A stretch of 64,000 bases of DNA from an uncultured delta proteobacterium (lineage in GTDB: Bacteria > Desulfobacterota > Desulfomonilia > UBA1062): assembly GCA_963752595.1 (NCBI GenBank), contig CAVVYZ010000030.1, positions 96,001 to 160,000 on the forward strand, in the 5' to 3' direction. Shown piece by piece: positions 42,735-52,332 of the stretch. A program made the position numbers and the translations under genes. The notes under the pieces were generated by a model. It ran no database searches. It was not told the origin of the DNA and saw nothing but the letters and a program-made list of their open reading frames with translations. The stretch's first letter is position 1. Every line of letters starts with the position of its first letter.

Positions 42735-43820
42735 ATGGAAAAGGATATATTTAAAGAAAAGATAACGCCTTTCCTCCAGGAAAGGCTTGCTAACCTCGAA
42801 TCCTCTTATGGTAAAGAATCAGCCGCTTATAAAGGCCTTGCACTTCAATATGTAAGAAGTAACATGGAGAATATTGAAACAGAAGAATGTAATTTGAAAC
42901 ATTATGAAGCGGGCCTGGAAGCACAAGAGTTATCAGATGGTGTGCCTGGAATTGAAAGATTATACAAAAAAACCATAGTCGTTGAACCAACCCTCATTTG
43001 TCTTGCACATTGCCGGTATTGTTTGCGGAGTAATTATAAGAAACATACGCTTACAGAAAAACAACTTATTGAGATAGCAAAGTATTGTGGTAATGAAATG
43101 AATCGCATAAGTCTCAATGAAATGCTGATTACCGGTGGTGACCCCCTTATTGTACCGCAAAGGCTTGAGGTGCTTTTGAATGCCTTGATTGAATATGCCT
43201 CTAATATAAAAATTATCAGAATTGGTACGCGGGTGCCAGGTCACGACCCAAGAAGAATTGATGAAAGCATCGTTGCCCTTTTTAAAAATAAGCCCACATT
43301 ACGATTTGAACTTGCCACTCAGATTAATCATCCCATAGAATTTTTCCCGGAAGTTCAAGAAGCCTTTAAGAAGATCAGTGAGTTAGGGGTTAAAATATAT
43401 GCGCAAAATGTTCTATTAAAAGATGTGAACGATAATATCGATACGCTTAATGAACTATATAGCGAAATGAGAGGAAATAATATTGAGGCACACTACCTCT
43501 TTCATTGTATCCCCATGATTGGAATACATCACTTGAGAACCAGTATAGGAAAAGGATTGGACTTAATCAAAGAATTGGTCTGTTCTGGAAAAATCTCAGG
43601 CCGGGCTAAACCAATGTTTGCGGCTATGACAGACATTGGGAAGATTACATTCTATGAGGGAGTTATTCAAAAAAGAGAAAATGGACGTGTTCTTTTGCAA
43701 AGCAATTATCGTTATGTGGATAGATTGAAATGGAATCCATCATGGCAGCTACCCAAAACGGCAGAGATTGATGAAAATGGTTTATTACGGGTTTGGTATG
43801 TCGATGGCGAAGACTCATGA
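42735..43820 (+). CDS. KamA-family radical SAM/PLP 2,3-aminomutase-like protein
   Basis: PGIERLY, CLAHCRYCLR, LITGGDPL, RIGTRVP, QINHPIE, QNVLLKDVND, SG..P.F...GK. Confidence 0.9.
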   Translation: MEKDIFKEKITPFLQERLANLESSYGKESAAYKGLALQYVRSNMENIETEECNLKHYEAGLEAQELSDGVPGIERLYKKTIVVEPTLICLAHCRYCLRSNYKKHTLTEKQLIEIAKYCGNEMNRISLNEMLITGGDPLIVPQRLEVLLNALIEYASNIKIIRIGTRVPGHDPRRIDESIVALFKNKPTLRFELATQINHPIEFFPEVQEAFKKISELGVKIYAQNVLLKDVNDNIDTLNELYSEMRGNNIEAHYLFHCIPMIGIHHLRTSIGKGLDLIKELVCSGKISGRAKPMFAAMTDIGKITFYEGVIQKRENGRVLLQSNYRYVDRLKWNPSWQLPKTAEIDENGLLRVWYVDGEDS

Positions 43821-45118
43821 GAATTTGGTTGGTTTCTATAGGTGAACCAATACCAACAAGCTCTGACAGTAATTCTCGATTGCTTCGAACAGGATATTTT
43901 GCTAATTTACTGTCACAATATGGCCATGATGTAATCTGGTGGTCTTCTGCATTTGATCACTTCAGAAAAAAGCAGCTTTGCACTACGGATAACGATTTTA
44001 TTATTAATCAGAATCTTACTATAAAGCTTTTGTGTGGCTCAGGATACAAAAGTCATGTGTCGCTTAAGCGGGCCTGGGATCACTGGATAATCTCTAGGAA
44101 GTTTTCTTCGGCCATTAGGAAGGAGATTATACTTCCGGATCTAATTTTAGCTGCATTACCTACGATAGATCTCTGCTATGAATCAGTTGTGTTCGGGAAT
44201 CAACATGGCATACCAGTAGTTCTTGATATGCGAGACATGTGGCCAGATATTTTTGTTGATCTCGCTCCTGATTTCTTAAGACCATTAACACGACGCCTTT
44301 TAAGTTATCAGTTTCGGAAAGCTGGATACGCATGCGAAAAAGCCACGGCTATTGTTGGGATAACGGATGAATTTGTTGTATGGGGTTTAAAACGGGGACA
44401 ACGTAGCTGGCAAGAATTCGACAAATCATTCCCCTTTGGATATTCGATTCAGGCCACAACAAGAGAATCAGAGGACAAAGCATATATTGAACTCAGTCGT
44501 CGAGGAATTCGTTTCGATGACAACAACTTATATGCTCTTTATATTGGATCGCTCAGTCGCAATGCAAAGTTAGGTGATATCATATCTGCAAGCAGAATTC
44601 TTTATGAGCAAAACTCGAAATGGCAGTTTATTGTATGTGGCGATGGTGATTGTGTTGATCTAATAATAAATCATGCTAGCAAATATCCAAATGTAAAATA
44701 CGGGGGTTGGGTAGATAAAAATTTGATTCATGGTCTAATGCGACGATGTCATGTTGGGTTAAATCAACTTCCTGATCGATACGATTTTCTTGCCACCATC
44801 AACAACAAAGCCATTGAGTATATGAGCGCGGGACTCCCTATTATTTCAAGTCCGGATCGGGGTGTTCTATGTGAGCTTCTCAAGATGCATGAGTGCGGGA
44901 TAAGTTATTCTTCTGGTGATGCTGCTGCTCTAGCTGCGACGCTTTCACGATTTTATGATGACCGGGATATGCTAAGGAAAATGTCACAGAACGCCATGCT
45001 GCTCTTCCAAAAACGGTTTCCCGCAGAAAAGGTTTATACAGAGATGATGGAGCATTTGGTGATGATAGCGGAAAATACAAAACAGAATCAATCTTTTAGA
45101 ACAAGACACCAATTTTGA
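43817..45118 (+). CDS. Glycosyltransferase family 4
   Basis: MRIWLVSIGEPIP, DMRDMWPD, NKAIEYMSAGLPII. Confidence 0.9.
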   Translation: MRIWLVSIGEPIPTSSDSNSRLLRTGYFANLLSQYGHDVIWWSSAFDHFRKKQLCTTDNDFIINQNLTIKLLCGSGYKSHVSLKRAWDHWIISRKFSSAIRKEIILPDLILAALPTIDLCYESVVFGNQHGIPVVLDMRDMWPDIFVDLAPDFLRPLTRRLLSYQFRKAGYACEKATAIVGITDEFVVWGLKRGQRSWQEFDKSFPFGYSIQATTRESEDKAYIELSRRGIRFDDNNLYALYIGSLSRNAKLGDIISASRILYEQNSKWQFIVCGDGDCVDLIINHASKYPNVKYGGWVDKNLIHGLMRRCHVGLNQLPDRYDFLATINNKAIEYMSAGLPIISSPDRGVLCELLKMHECGISYSSGDAAALAATLSRFYDDRDMLRKMSQNAMLLFQKRFPAEKVYTEMMEHLVMIAENTKQNQSFRTRHQF

Positions 45119-45145
45119 GCATAACATATTTTCGGGAAATAAACT

Positions 45146-46072
45146 ATGAACAGACAGGACGACATTATGATTGACAAGAAAATACAGCAGAAAATTGAGT
45201 ATAGGCCCTCTCTGGCTGGGCGCCTGGCAAGGATTTTCATACCATTGCTTCAAGCAATACTTCCGCCAAAGGCATACAGAGTGATCTATGATGGACTCTA
45301 TAAGGGCTACAAACAGATTCTCAGAGCGAGCTATGTAGTAAGGGTACTCGAAGCAAGACTCTTTGGTGATCGGGAGCAGCAGTTAAAGACATCACTCACA
45401 CGACAGTTACTCCCCTACAGCATGGGAGGATGGAAGGCGCTCGAGAATGCATTCGAAGTTACTGCGTTTGTCGAACAAAAAAAAATCGAGGGAGCCTTGG
45501 TTGAGTGCGGTGTAGCTGAGGGGGGTACTGCTGCGATGATGGCTCTGACAAATCTGGAACTTGGAGCGAATACGCGACAAAAGTGGTTTTTCGACTCCTA
45601 TGAAGGCCTACCTGAGCCAACTGCTGAAGACTACGAAGGCGGTAAAGCGGGCCATTTTATTCGTCCACTTCAAAAAGGGGCATGTCTAGGGACCATTGAG
45701 CAAGTCAGTGATTTGATGTTCGATAAATTACACTTGCCCAAGAATGAGGTTCATCTGGTGAAGGGCTGGTTCCAAGACACGGTGCCCGTTCATCGTGAGA
45801 AAATAGGGCCAATTGCTGTGCTGCGTCTGGATGGTGACTGGTACGAGTCCACCAAGATACCACTGGAATATTTCTTTGATCAGATTAGTGTTGGCGGCTT
45901 TGTAATCATTGATGATTATGCAACTTGCTTCGGTTCTCATAAGGCGGTGGATGAGTTTCGAGCAGATCGCAATATTACTACCCCATTGCGCCCTGACGGG
46001 CGGGGAGGTGCTTGGTTTGAAAAGCCGACCTCAGACAACAGATTCAAGAAGAACGAGGCAAGCTTCGGGTAA
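45146..46072 (+). CDS. TylF/MycF/NovP-family sugar O-methyltransferase
   Basis: GALVECGV..GG, FDSYEGLP, VKGWFQDT, LRLDGDWYEST, GGFVIIDDY. Confidence 0.92.
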   Translation: MNRQDDIMIDKKIQQKIEYRPSLAGRLARIFIPLLQAILPPKAYRVIYDGLYKGYKQILRASYVVRVLEARLFGDREQQLKTSLTRQLLPYSMGGWKALENAFEVTAFVEQKKIEGALVECGVAEGGTAAMMALTNLELGANTRQKWFFDSYEGLPEPTAEDYEGGKAGHFIRPLQKGACLGTIEQVSDLMFDKLHLPKNEVHLVKGWFQDTVPVHREKIGPIAVLRLDGDWYESTKIPLEYFFDQISVGGFVIIDDYATCFGSHKAVDEFRADRNITTPLRPDGRGGAWFEKPTSDNRFKKNEASFG

Positions 46073-46090
46073 TGTACCCAGAGAGAGTAA

Positions 46091-46777
46091 ATGAATAAAA
46101 CCGGATTAATAGAAGCTCAGACTACTTGTACAGGAGGACAGATAAAATCCGTCATCCATCCCGCTTGGGCGCTGGTTCTAAAGCGGTCGTTCGATATGGT
46201 GTTTTCCTCGTTTGTACTCCTTTTGATATGGCCGTTGATTGGGGCAGTGGCTATTGGCATTAAGTTGTCCAGCCCTGGGCCGGTCTTTTACAGAGGCGTA
46301 AGGACAGGCTTACACGGGAAACCTTTCCGAATCATCAAATTCAGAACCATGATAGAAGGTGCCGAATCTCTGGGTGGGCCTACTACAGGCACTAACGATC
46401 GGAGAGTAACCCGTATTGGCTCCTTCCTCCGTCGAACCAAGATCGATGAACTACCCCAGTTCCTGAATGTCTTGTTGGGGGATATGAGCCTAGTTGGACC
46501 TCGCCCAGAAGTGTTTGAATACACGGCAAATTACGAAGGTGAGGAAAAATGCATTCTTTGTATGCGCCCTGGTATAACTGATTACGCGTCAATAGAGTAC
46601 GCCGACCTTGATGATCGTGTGGGGAGTAGAGATCCAGACAGGTACTTTCGTGAACATATCCTACCCCACAAGAATGCATTACGGATCAAATATGTGAAGG
46701 AATGGTCCCTTGGCTCAGATTGCAATATTCTCTGGGTGACCTTTTGCCGGGTCGTGAAGAGGATTGCTGTTCAATGA
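46091..46777 (+). CDS. Small monotopic phosphoglycosyl transferase (bacterial sugar transferase, PglC-like)
   Basis: [43 protein letters not shown]. Confidence 0.92.
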   Translation: MNKTGLIEAQTTCTGGQIKSVIHPAWALVLKRSFDMVFSSFVLLLIWPLIGAVAIGIKLSSPGPVFYRGVRTGLHGKPFRIIKFRTMIEGAESLGGPTTGTNDRRVTRIGSFLRRTKIDELPQFLNVLLGDMSLVGPRPEVFEYTANYEGEEKCILCMRPGITDYASIEYADLDDRVGSRDPDRYFREHILPHKNALRIKYVKEWSLGSDCNILWVTFCRVVKRIAVQ

Positions 46778-47724
46778 GCATTTTGGAGACAATGCATCTG
46801 GGTAATACTGGTCCTTATGCCAGTCGTCTTGGTATGGGCTGTTGGGCAATAGGCGGTCATGGGTGGGGAAAGGTGAGGGAGGAGGAATCCATCCGGGCTG
46901 TAAAGTGTGCATTAGATAGTGGAGTCACATTTTTTGATACGGCAGATGTGTATGGGCTTGGGAAGTCAGAAACATTATTAGCAGATGTGCTGGGCTCATC
47001 CCGCACAAAAGTTGTGATTGCAAGCAAAGGGGGCGTCCGTTGGAACGATAGTGGGCATATATGGACAGATATCTCACCGACCTACCTGAGACTAGCTATA
47101 GAAAATAGCCTTAAAAGATTGAAACTGGATTGCATTCCCCTTTACTATATTCATAAATTTGATGATATAACCCCTGTACAAGAGAGTATTGCAGCCCTTG
47201 AGCGTATGCGTAAGGAAGGTAAGATCGGGTCTATCGGTGTTTCGAACGTCTCTTCCGATCAACTGTTACAGGCCTTGCAGGTTGCACCGGTAGCAGCGGT
47301 TCAGGTTCGGTTGAATATCTTTGATCGAGATGCGAGTAAGGATTTATTCGACATTTGTAAAAGGCAGGGCATTACACTTGTTGCTTGGGGCGCACTTGCG
47401 GATGGACTATTAACCGGTAAGTTCAAGGCCGATATGAAGTTCTCAGACGACGATCATCGGAGCAGGATGCCAGAATTTAAAGGGAAATTATTTCTGGGAT
47501 ATAACAGATGCATACAATCGCTTGAGCAGGTGGCTACCGAAAGGGGACGCCGGGTTGGCCAACTTGCACTTCGCTGGGTCTTGGATCTTGAGCCTTTTAC
47601 ATGTGCGCTTTTCGGCGCAAAAACGGATACTCAGGTAACTGAGAATTTGGGCGCGGATGGGTGGAGCTTAACAAAGGTAGATCTCACAGCTATCGATTCC
47701 ATTGTGGGTAAGTTTGGAAGATGA
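46774..47724 (+). CDS. Aldo/keto reductase
   Basis: LGMGCWAIGG, DTADVYG.G.SE, SLKRL..D.I.LYYIH, IGVSN, GLLTGK. Confidence 0.92.
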   Translation: MSILETMHLGNTGPYASRLGMGCWAIGGHGWGKVREEESIRAVKCALDSGVTFFDTADVYGLGKSETLLADVLGSSRTKVVIASKGGVRWNDSGHIWTDISPTYLRLAIENSLKRLKLDCIPLYYIHKFDDITPVQESIAALERMRKEGKIGSIGVSNVSSDQLLQALQVAPVAAVQVRLNIFDRDASKDLFDICKRQGITLVAWGALADGLLTGKFKADMKFSDDDHRSRMPEFKGKLFLGYNRCIQSLEQVATERGRRVGQLALRWVLDLEPFTCALFGAKTDTQVTENLGADGWSLTKVDLTAIDSIVGKFGR

Positions 47725-47725
47725 T

Positions 47726-48703
47726 ATGACTTTCTCAATCGATGCATTATATGATTTGTATAAGACCATGCTTCGCATACGCTTTTTCGAAGAGGGCCTG
47801 GTGGAACCCATCCTGAACAGAGAAATCCACACGCCCTGCCATCTTTACAGTGGTCAGGAGGCTGTAGCCGTTGGCCTCTGCAAAGCCCTTTCCCAGGATG
47901 ATTATATCTTCGGCAACCACCGTTCGCATGGCCATTTCCTGGCCAAAGGAGGTTCCTTGCAGGCCTTGGCGGCCGAGATCTACTGCCGGGAGACCGGCTG
48001 CTCCCGGGGCCGTGGTGGTTCTATGCACCTGATCGATCCCACAGTGGGCATGCTTGGTTCGGCGCCAATCGTGGCCGGGACCATCTCCCTGGCTGTAGGC
48101 GCGGCCCTTGCCTCTTTGATACGAAAGGACGGCCGCGTGTCCGTGAGCTTTTTCGGGGATGGAGCTACCGGGGAGGGTGTCCTGTATGAATCCATGAACT
48201 TCGCCGCGCTAAAAAAACTCCCGATCATATTCGCCTGTGAAAACAATCTATACGCTACCCACATGCACATCCGGGAGTGCCGCGTCAACCAGCCGATCCG
48301 CAAGATTGCCGAACCCTTCGGGATTGATAATCATGAAGTGGATGGGAATGATGTTCTGCAGATCTACGGTAAGGTACGACAGGCCGCAGAGGCCTGCCGG
48401 AAGGGAAATGGTCCGGTTTTCATGGAGTTCTTGACCTATCGCTATCGCGGCCACGTAGGGCCGGATGACAATATCCAAGGGCTCCATACGGATATCAGAC
48501 CCCAAGAAGAGTTAACCCAATGGTTTGAGAAAGACCCGATCCGGAGACTTGAGCGGCACCTCATGGAACACCATTTGATGGACGAGCAAGATCTGCTGCC
48601 TATCAAGGATGAAGCAGAAAAAGAGGTACGGGAAGCTAAGGCGTACGCAGAAAACAGTGCACGACCGAGACTTGAGGAGATGGCCAAATATGTCTTTGCA
48701 TAG
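47726..48703 (+). CDS. ThDP-dependent dehydrogenase E1 alpha-like subunit
   Basis: HLYSGQEA, HRSHGH, GRGGSMH, GDGA..EG..ENN ThDP motif, TYRYRGH. Confidence 0.93.
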   Translation: MTFSIDALYDLYKTMLRIRFFEEGLVEPILNREIHTPCHLYSGQEAVAVGLCKALSQDDYIFGNHRSHGHFLAKGGSLQALAAEIYCRETGCSRGRGGSMHLIDPTVGMLGSAPIVAGTISLAVGAALASLIRKDGRVSVSFFGDGATGEGVLYESMNFAALKKLPIIFACENNLYATHMHIRECRVNQPIRKIAEPFGIDNHEVDGNDVLQIYGKVRQAAEACRKGNGPVFMEFLTYRYRGHVGPDDNIQGLHTDIRPQEELTQWFEKDPIRRLERHLMEHHLMDEQDLLPIKDEAEKEVREAKAYAENSARPRLEEMAKYVFA

Positions 48704-49670
48704 AGAATTATCCTACAGTCTGGCGATCAACGAGGCGCTCCATCAAGTGATGTCGATGGACCCCTCAGTCTTCCTCATCGGGCAGGGTGTAAAAAGTCCC
48801 TGGTATGTAGGAAATACTGCCCGTGGTCTCATAGAAAGATTTGGAGAACGTCGGGTGATTGATACACCTGTATCCGAGAACGGCATCACCGGGGCAGCCG
48901 TTGGGGCGGCTATCGCTGGCATGAAACCGGTGGTGGTCCATCCCAGGATAGATTTCATGATGTATGCCATGGATCCAATCATTAACGAGGCGGCGAATTG
49001 GTTCTATATGAATGGCGGCCTGGCAAATGTTCCGGTCGTTTTCTGGGGCATCATCAACCGGCGGGGTGAACAAGCGGCCCAGCATTCACAGGCTCTTCAT
49101 GCTGTCTTTGCCCATGTTCCCGGGCTCAAAGTGGTCATGCCCGCCACTGCTTATGATGCCAAGGGACTGATGGTCGCTGCCATTCAGGATCCCAACCCCG
49201 TTGTTTTTATAGATGAACGATTGCTCTACCACCTTGAAGAGTCTGTTCCGCAAGAGATATATCGCGTAGAGATCGGTAAGGGTTGTATCCGCAGAGAAGG
49301 AAAAGACGTAACGGTTGTGGCAGTTTCACTGATGGTTCATGAGGCCATAAAGGCGGCTCATGAACTTGTCGACGATGATATTGATGTAGAAGTCATAGAT
49401 TTAAGGACCATCAAACCGCTTGATCGAAAAATAATAATGGATTCAGTCCATAAAACAGGACGGCTTGTTGTTGTTGATGTTGGCTGGCGATCATTTGGTG
49501 TTTCGGGGGAAATTGCTGCCTTGGTAGCTGAGACAGCCTTTGAGTCTTTGAAGGCACCAATTTTGCGAGTTGCTCTCCCCGACTGCCCGGCGCCGGCCAG
49601 CATGATGTTGGAAGATGAATACTACCCGACAGCAAGAGATATTGTTGAAGCGGTACGAAGACTCATGTAA
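48690..49670 (+). CDS. ThDP-dependent dehydrogenase E1 beta-like subunit
   Basis: DTPVSENG..G.A.GAA, AAQHSQ, PGLKVVMP, DLRTIKPLD, KTGRLVVVD. Confidence 0.93.
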   Translation: MSLHRELSYSLAINEALHQVMSMDPSVFLIGQGVKSPWYVGNTARGLIERFGERRVIDTPVSENGITGAAVGAAIAGMKPVVVHPRIDFMMYAMDPIINEAANWFYMNGGLANVPVVFWGIINRRGEQAAQHSQALHAVFAHVPGLKVVMPATAYDAKGLMVAAIQDPNPVVFIDERLLYHLEESVPQEIYRVEIGKGCIRREGKDVTVVAVSLMVHEAIKAAHELVDDDIDVEVIDLRTIKPLDRKIIMDSVHKTGRLVVVDVGWRSFGVSGEIAALVAETAFESLKAPILRVALPDCPAPASMMLEDEYYPTARDIVEAVRRLM

Positions 49671-49691
49671 GAATATGATATTATAAATTAT

Positions 49692-50056
49692 CACTACTGT
49701 CCGGTTAATCTGGAAACAAAAACAATTGGTTGGATTCAGTGATGGTTTCAGAAGTGTAGTCAAGGCGAGTAAGTGTTTGCAATAATGGTGATTTTTCAAA
49801 AAGAGTAAGGCTCAAGATTTGTAGAATTGTGTAGAGCTCGAAGTCGAGCTTCAGACGTTTCTTCATGATAGCAACGAGTACATAGACGGCAATAGCAATC
49901 CGGATTTGAGTCTTCACCGCATTTTCACGGGTTCCGAAGAAGGCCTTGATTCTTAGGTGCTGTTTGATCCACTTAAAGAAGAGTTCGACCTTCCAGCGAG
50001 CTTTGTAGATTTGGGCAATGATCAGTGCCGGGAGCGTGAAGTTGTTTGTAAGGAAG
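49692..50056 (-). mobile_element. IS4-family remnant (3' end of transposase plus terminal IR), truncated by the IS5 copy
   Basis: The minus strand reads FLTNNF..IYKARWKVELFFKWIKQHLRIKAFFGTRENAVKTQI (YREK motif); the end sequence CACTACTGTCCGGTTAA is IR-like. Confidence 0.85.
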
Positions 50057-51426
50057 GAGACCTTTGCACAATTCCGACAGATCTGGGGCGAGGTATAGAG
50101 CCGATCATCAGCGGTTATGGCATTTAAGGCAATGATAATATTGATTAAATATGGTATACTCTTTCCATCTTATGAATCAAGGGGAGGGATGGAATGGGAT
50201 TCAAGGAGTACGAGAGGAACATGAGTTTTTTGGATCTTGAATTGAGCAAGACACTGGGATCTTCGAGGACGTAGCGGTTCTTGAGTGAGATCCATGATCA
50301 TATCAGATGGGAGCCAGTGGAGAGGATACTGCTTGGGGTTTACCCGGTAGGGAAGTCTTCAGTGGGCAATGTAGCCTATCCCCCTTTAATGTTATTAAAG
50401 GTGTTGATGCTGCAGAAGTGGTTTGGGATCAGGAGTGATCCTGAACTGGAGAATCAGATCAATGATGGGATATCATTCAAGGTATTTATAGGTCTACCCT
50501 TTGGAGATCCGTCTCCTGATCACAGTGTGATTTCGCAATTTCGGGATCGGGTGGGCAGCAAGGCGATGGAGAAGATACACGCAGAGCTGTTGAGTCAGTT
50601 GCGGTCAAAGGGTTTTTTCGATCGATGCCGGTCTGGCGGTGGATGCGAGATTGGTACGTTCGGCATCGAGCCCATTGGGCAAGGACAAGATTGAGAAGGT
50701 GCGTGAAGAGCATGAGCACAAGGACAACAAAGGGGGGATAGGTAAGCCCGTGAAGTTCAGCCGGGACCTGGAATCTGACTGGACGGTGAAGAACGATGTG
50801 CCTCTTTATGGGATGAAGGAGCACGCGTCTATTGATGTAAAGAGTGGGCTGGTACTATCGACGGTACTCTCGCGAGCATCGGAGCATGACACGAACTATT
50901 TTCAGTTTGTGGTGATCAAGAGCATGCACACCAGGAAGATGCCGCCTGTGGTGTATGCGGACAAGGGCTATCATGGGCAGATGAACCGTGAATTCCTGCA
51001 TATCAATGATATGAAAGACGGGATCATGAGGAAGGATGAGAGGAACGCGAAGCTGACCGAGCTGGAGATAAAGCGCAACAAGATGATCTCGAAGGTGAGG
51101 TATAAGATTGAGCAGTATTTTGGTGTGACAGCACTCCACCAGGGAGCCTCGCGAGCTCGGTTCACTACCCTTGCGAAGGAGGGGTGGGACCGGATGTGTC
51201 AGGTTATTGCGTTCAACATGAAGAGGTCTTACTTAGCGGGGTTAAGGAAGCCGGCGCATGCAGCTGCATGCTAGGGACAGGTGTGTCCGGAGCATGAAAA
51301 TGCTGCCGGATATAAGGGGCTTGCGGATGATTTGGCAGGGAATTGAGCTCTTCTTCTTGAGAATTTGATGAAAAATTACCAATCAGTCCCAGAAAAAAGC
51401 TTCTTTCTCGATTACGCAAATGTCTA
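50057..51426 (+). mobile_element. IS5-family element, full length but inactivated (nonsense codon plus frameshift)
   Basis: IRs GAGACCTTTGCACAAT / ATTACGCAAATGTCTA. Transposase 50194-51274 has TAG at 50272 (CAG in the 37.5 kb copy) and a frameshift in a T run near 50615. Confidence 0.92.
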
Positions 51427-51441
51427 AATCTTTGGAAAAGA

Positions 51442-52332
51442 TTATGGCCGCTTCTTGTCCGGCCAGGAATACCAGCTGTCAAAAAGCACATACCCTGCGG
51501 TGATTCCCTGGGATATTGCTCTTTTCAACATCATAAGGGCAAGCTCAAGCTTGGTATACATCGAGGCTTCCCTGCTCATCTGACCACTGATGCTCCGGGC
51601 ATCGCCGATACGTTCTTCAGGACTCTTTGGATGACGTTTCTTTCCGTATTTATAGGAAAAGTCCAAAGCATACATCCCCTTGCCTGTGAAGAGGCCGAGC
51701 ACGACAACAGTATAACCAAGCACCGAGCGGTTCACGGTATGATCATGCAAGAAAGATACGTTCTCAATATCTCTGCCCCTCTTGGAGAGTATGCTATCGT
51801 CAAGTATGAAGCATCTCTCCTCTATAGGTGCCTCGTCGAACTTCAGAACCCTCCGGATCTCCTTCATGATATAGTACAGAAACGATCGCCAGCGGTATCC
51901 CCTGGCCTTGAACCGATAAAAGGTGTCCTTCCTGCTGCTTGTGTACTGCTCAAGGTGATTGCGGCAGAAGCTCCGAACAGTACGTATTTTCAGCAATGGC
52001 AGAAGTACCAGCACGAACAGGATCTGTGCTGCATGATACCCATCCTTCTTGATAATCTTCGCCTTGTTCATCTGCGTCCTGAATCCAAGCCGACTCAGTC
52101 CTTCGTCAATCTTGGTCTCAAATATCCGCCCCTCTTTATCCAAGTATTCCTCGATTTCTCCTTTGAACGCTTTGCCCGGTGTGATATACATGATCAGGGA
52201 CTCCTTTGCGGTGTATTGTTTGTCTTATCAACAACTTATATACCACAAAAGCGAGTCCCTTTCACCATTTTCCTTGCTGTTTTATTGACTTTTCTCACCC
52301 CATCCCTTCAAATAAGGGTGCGAAACTTGAGT
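51442..52332 (-). mobile_element. Truncated IS4-superfamily (DDE) element: 5' half of the transposase (start 52191) plus left end
   Basis: SRKDTFYRF, ILDDS..KRG..IE.VS..HDH, YVLFDSWY. The ORF stops shortly after the second Asp; IR-like ACTCAAGTTTCGCAC on the minus strand at ~52332. Confidence 0.8.

Noticed and set aside
42735-43820. EF-P beta-lysylation enzyme EpmB or lysine fermentation KamA
   Set aside because: No efp/epmA or kamDE nearby, and the lysine-binding Asp positions appear substituted.
47726-49670. Housekeeping pyruvate dehydrogenase
   Set aside because: No E2/E3 in the window, and the genes are coupled to sugar-pathway genes. Not fully excluded.
50272-50274. Recoded TAG (pyrrolysine or readthrough)
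   Set aside because: The paralogous copy has CAG and the gene also has a frameshift, so a simple nonsense mutation explains it.
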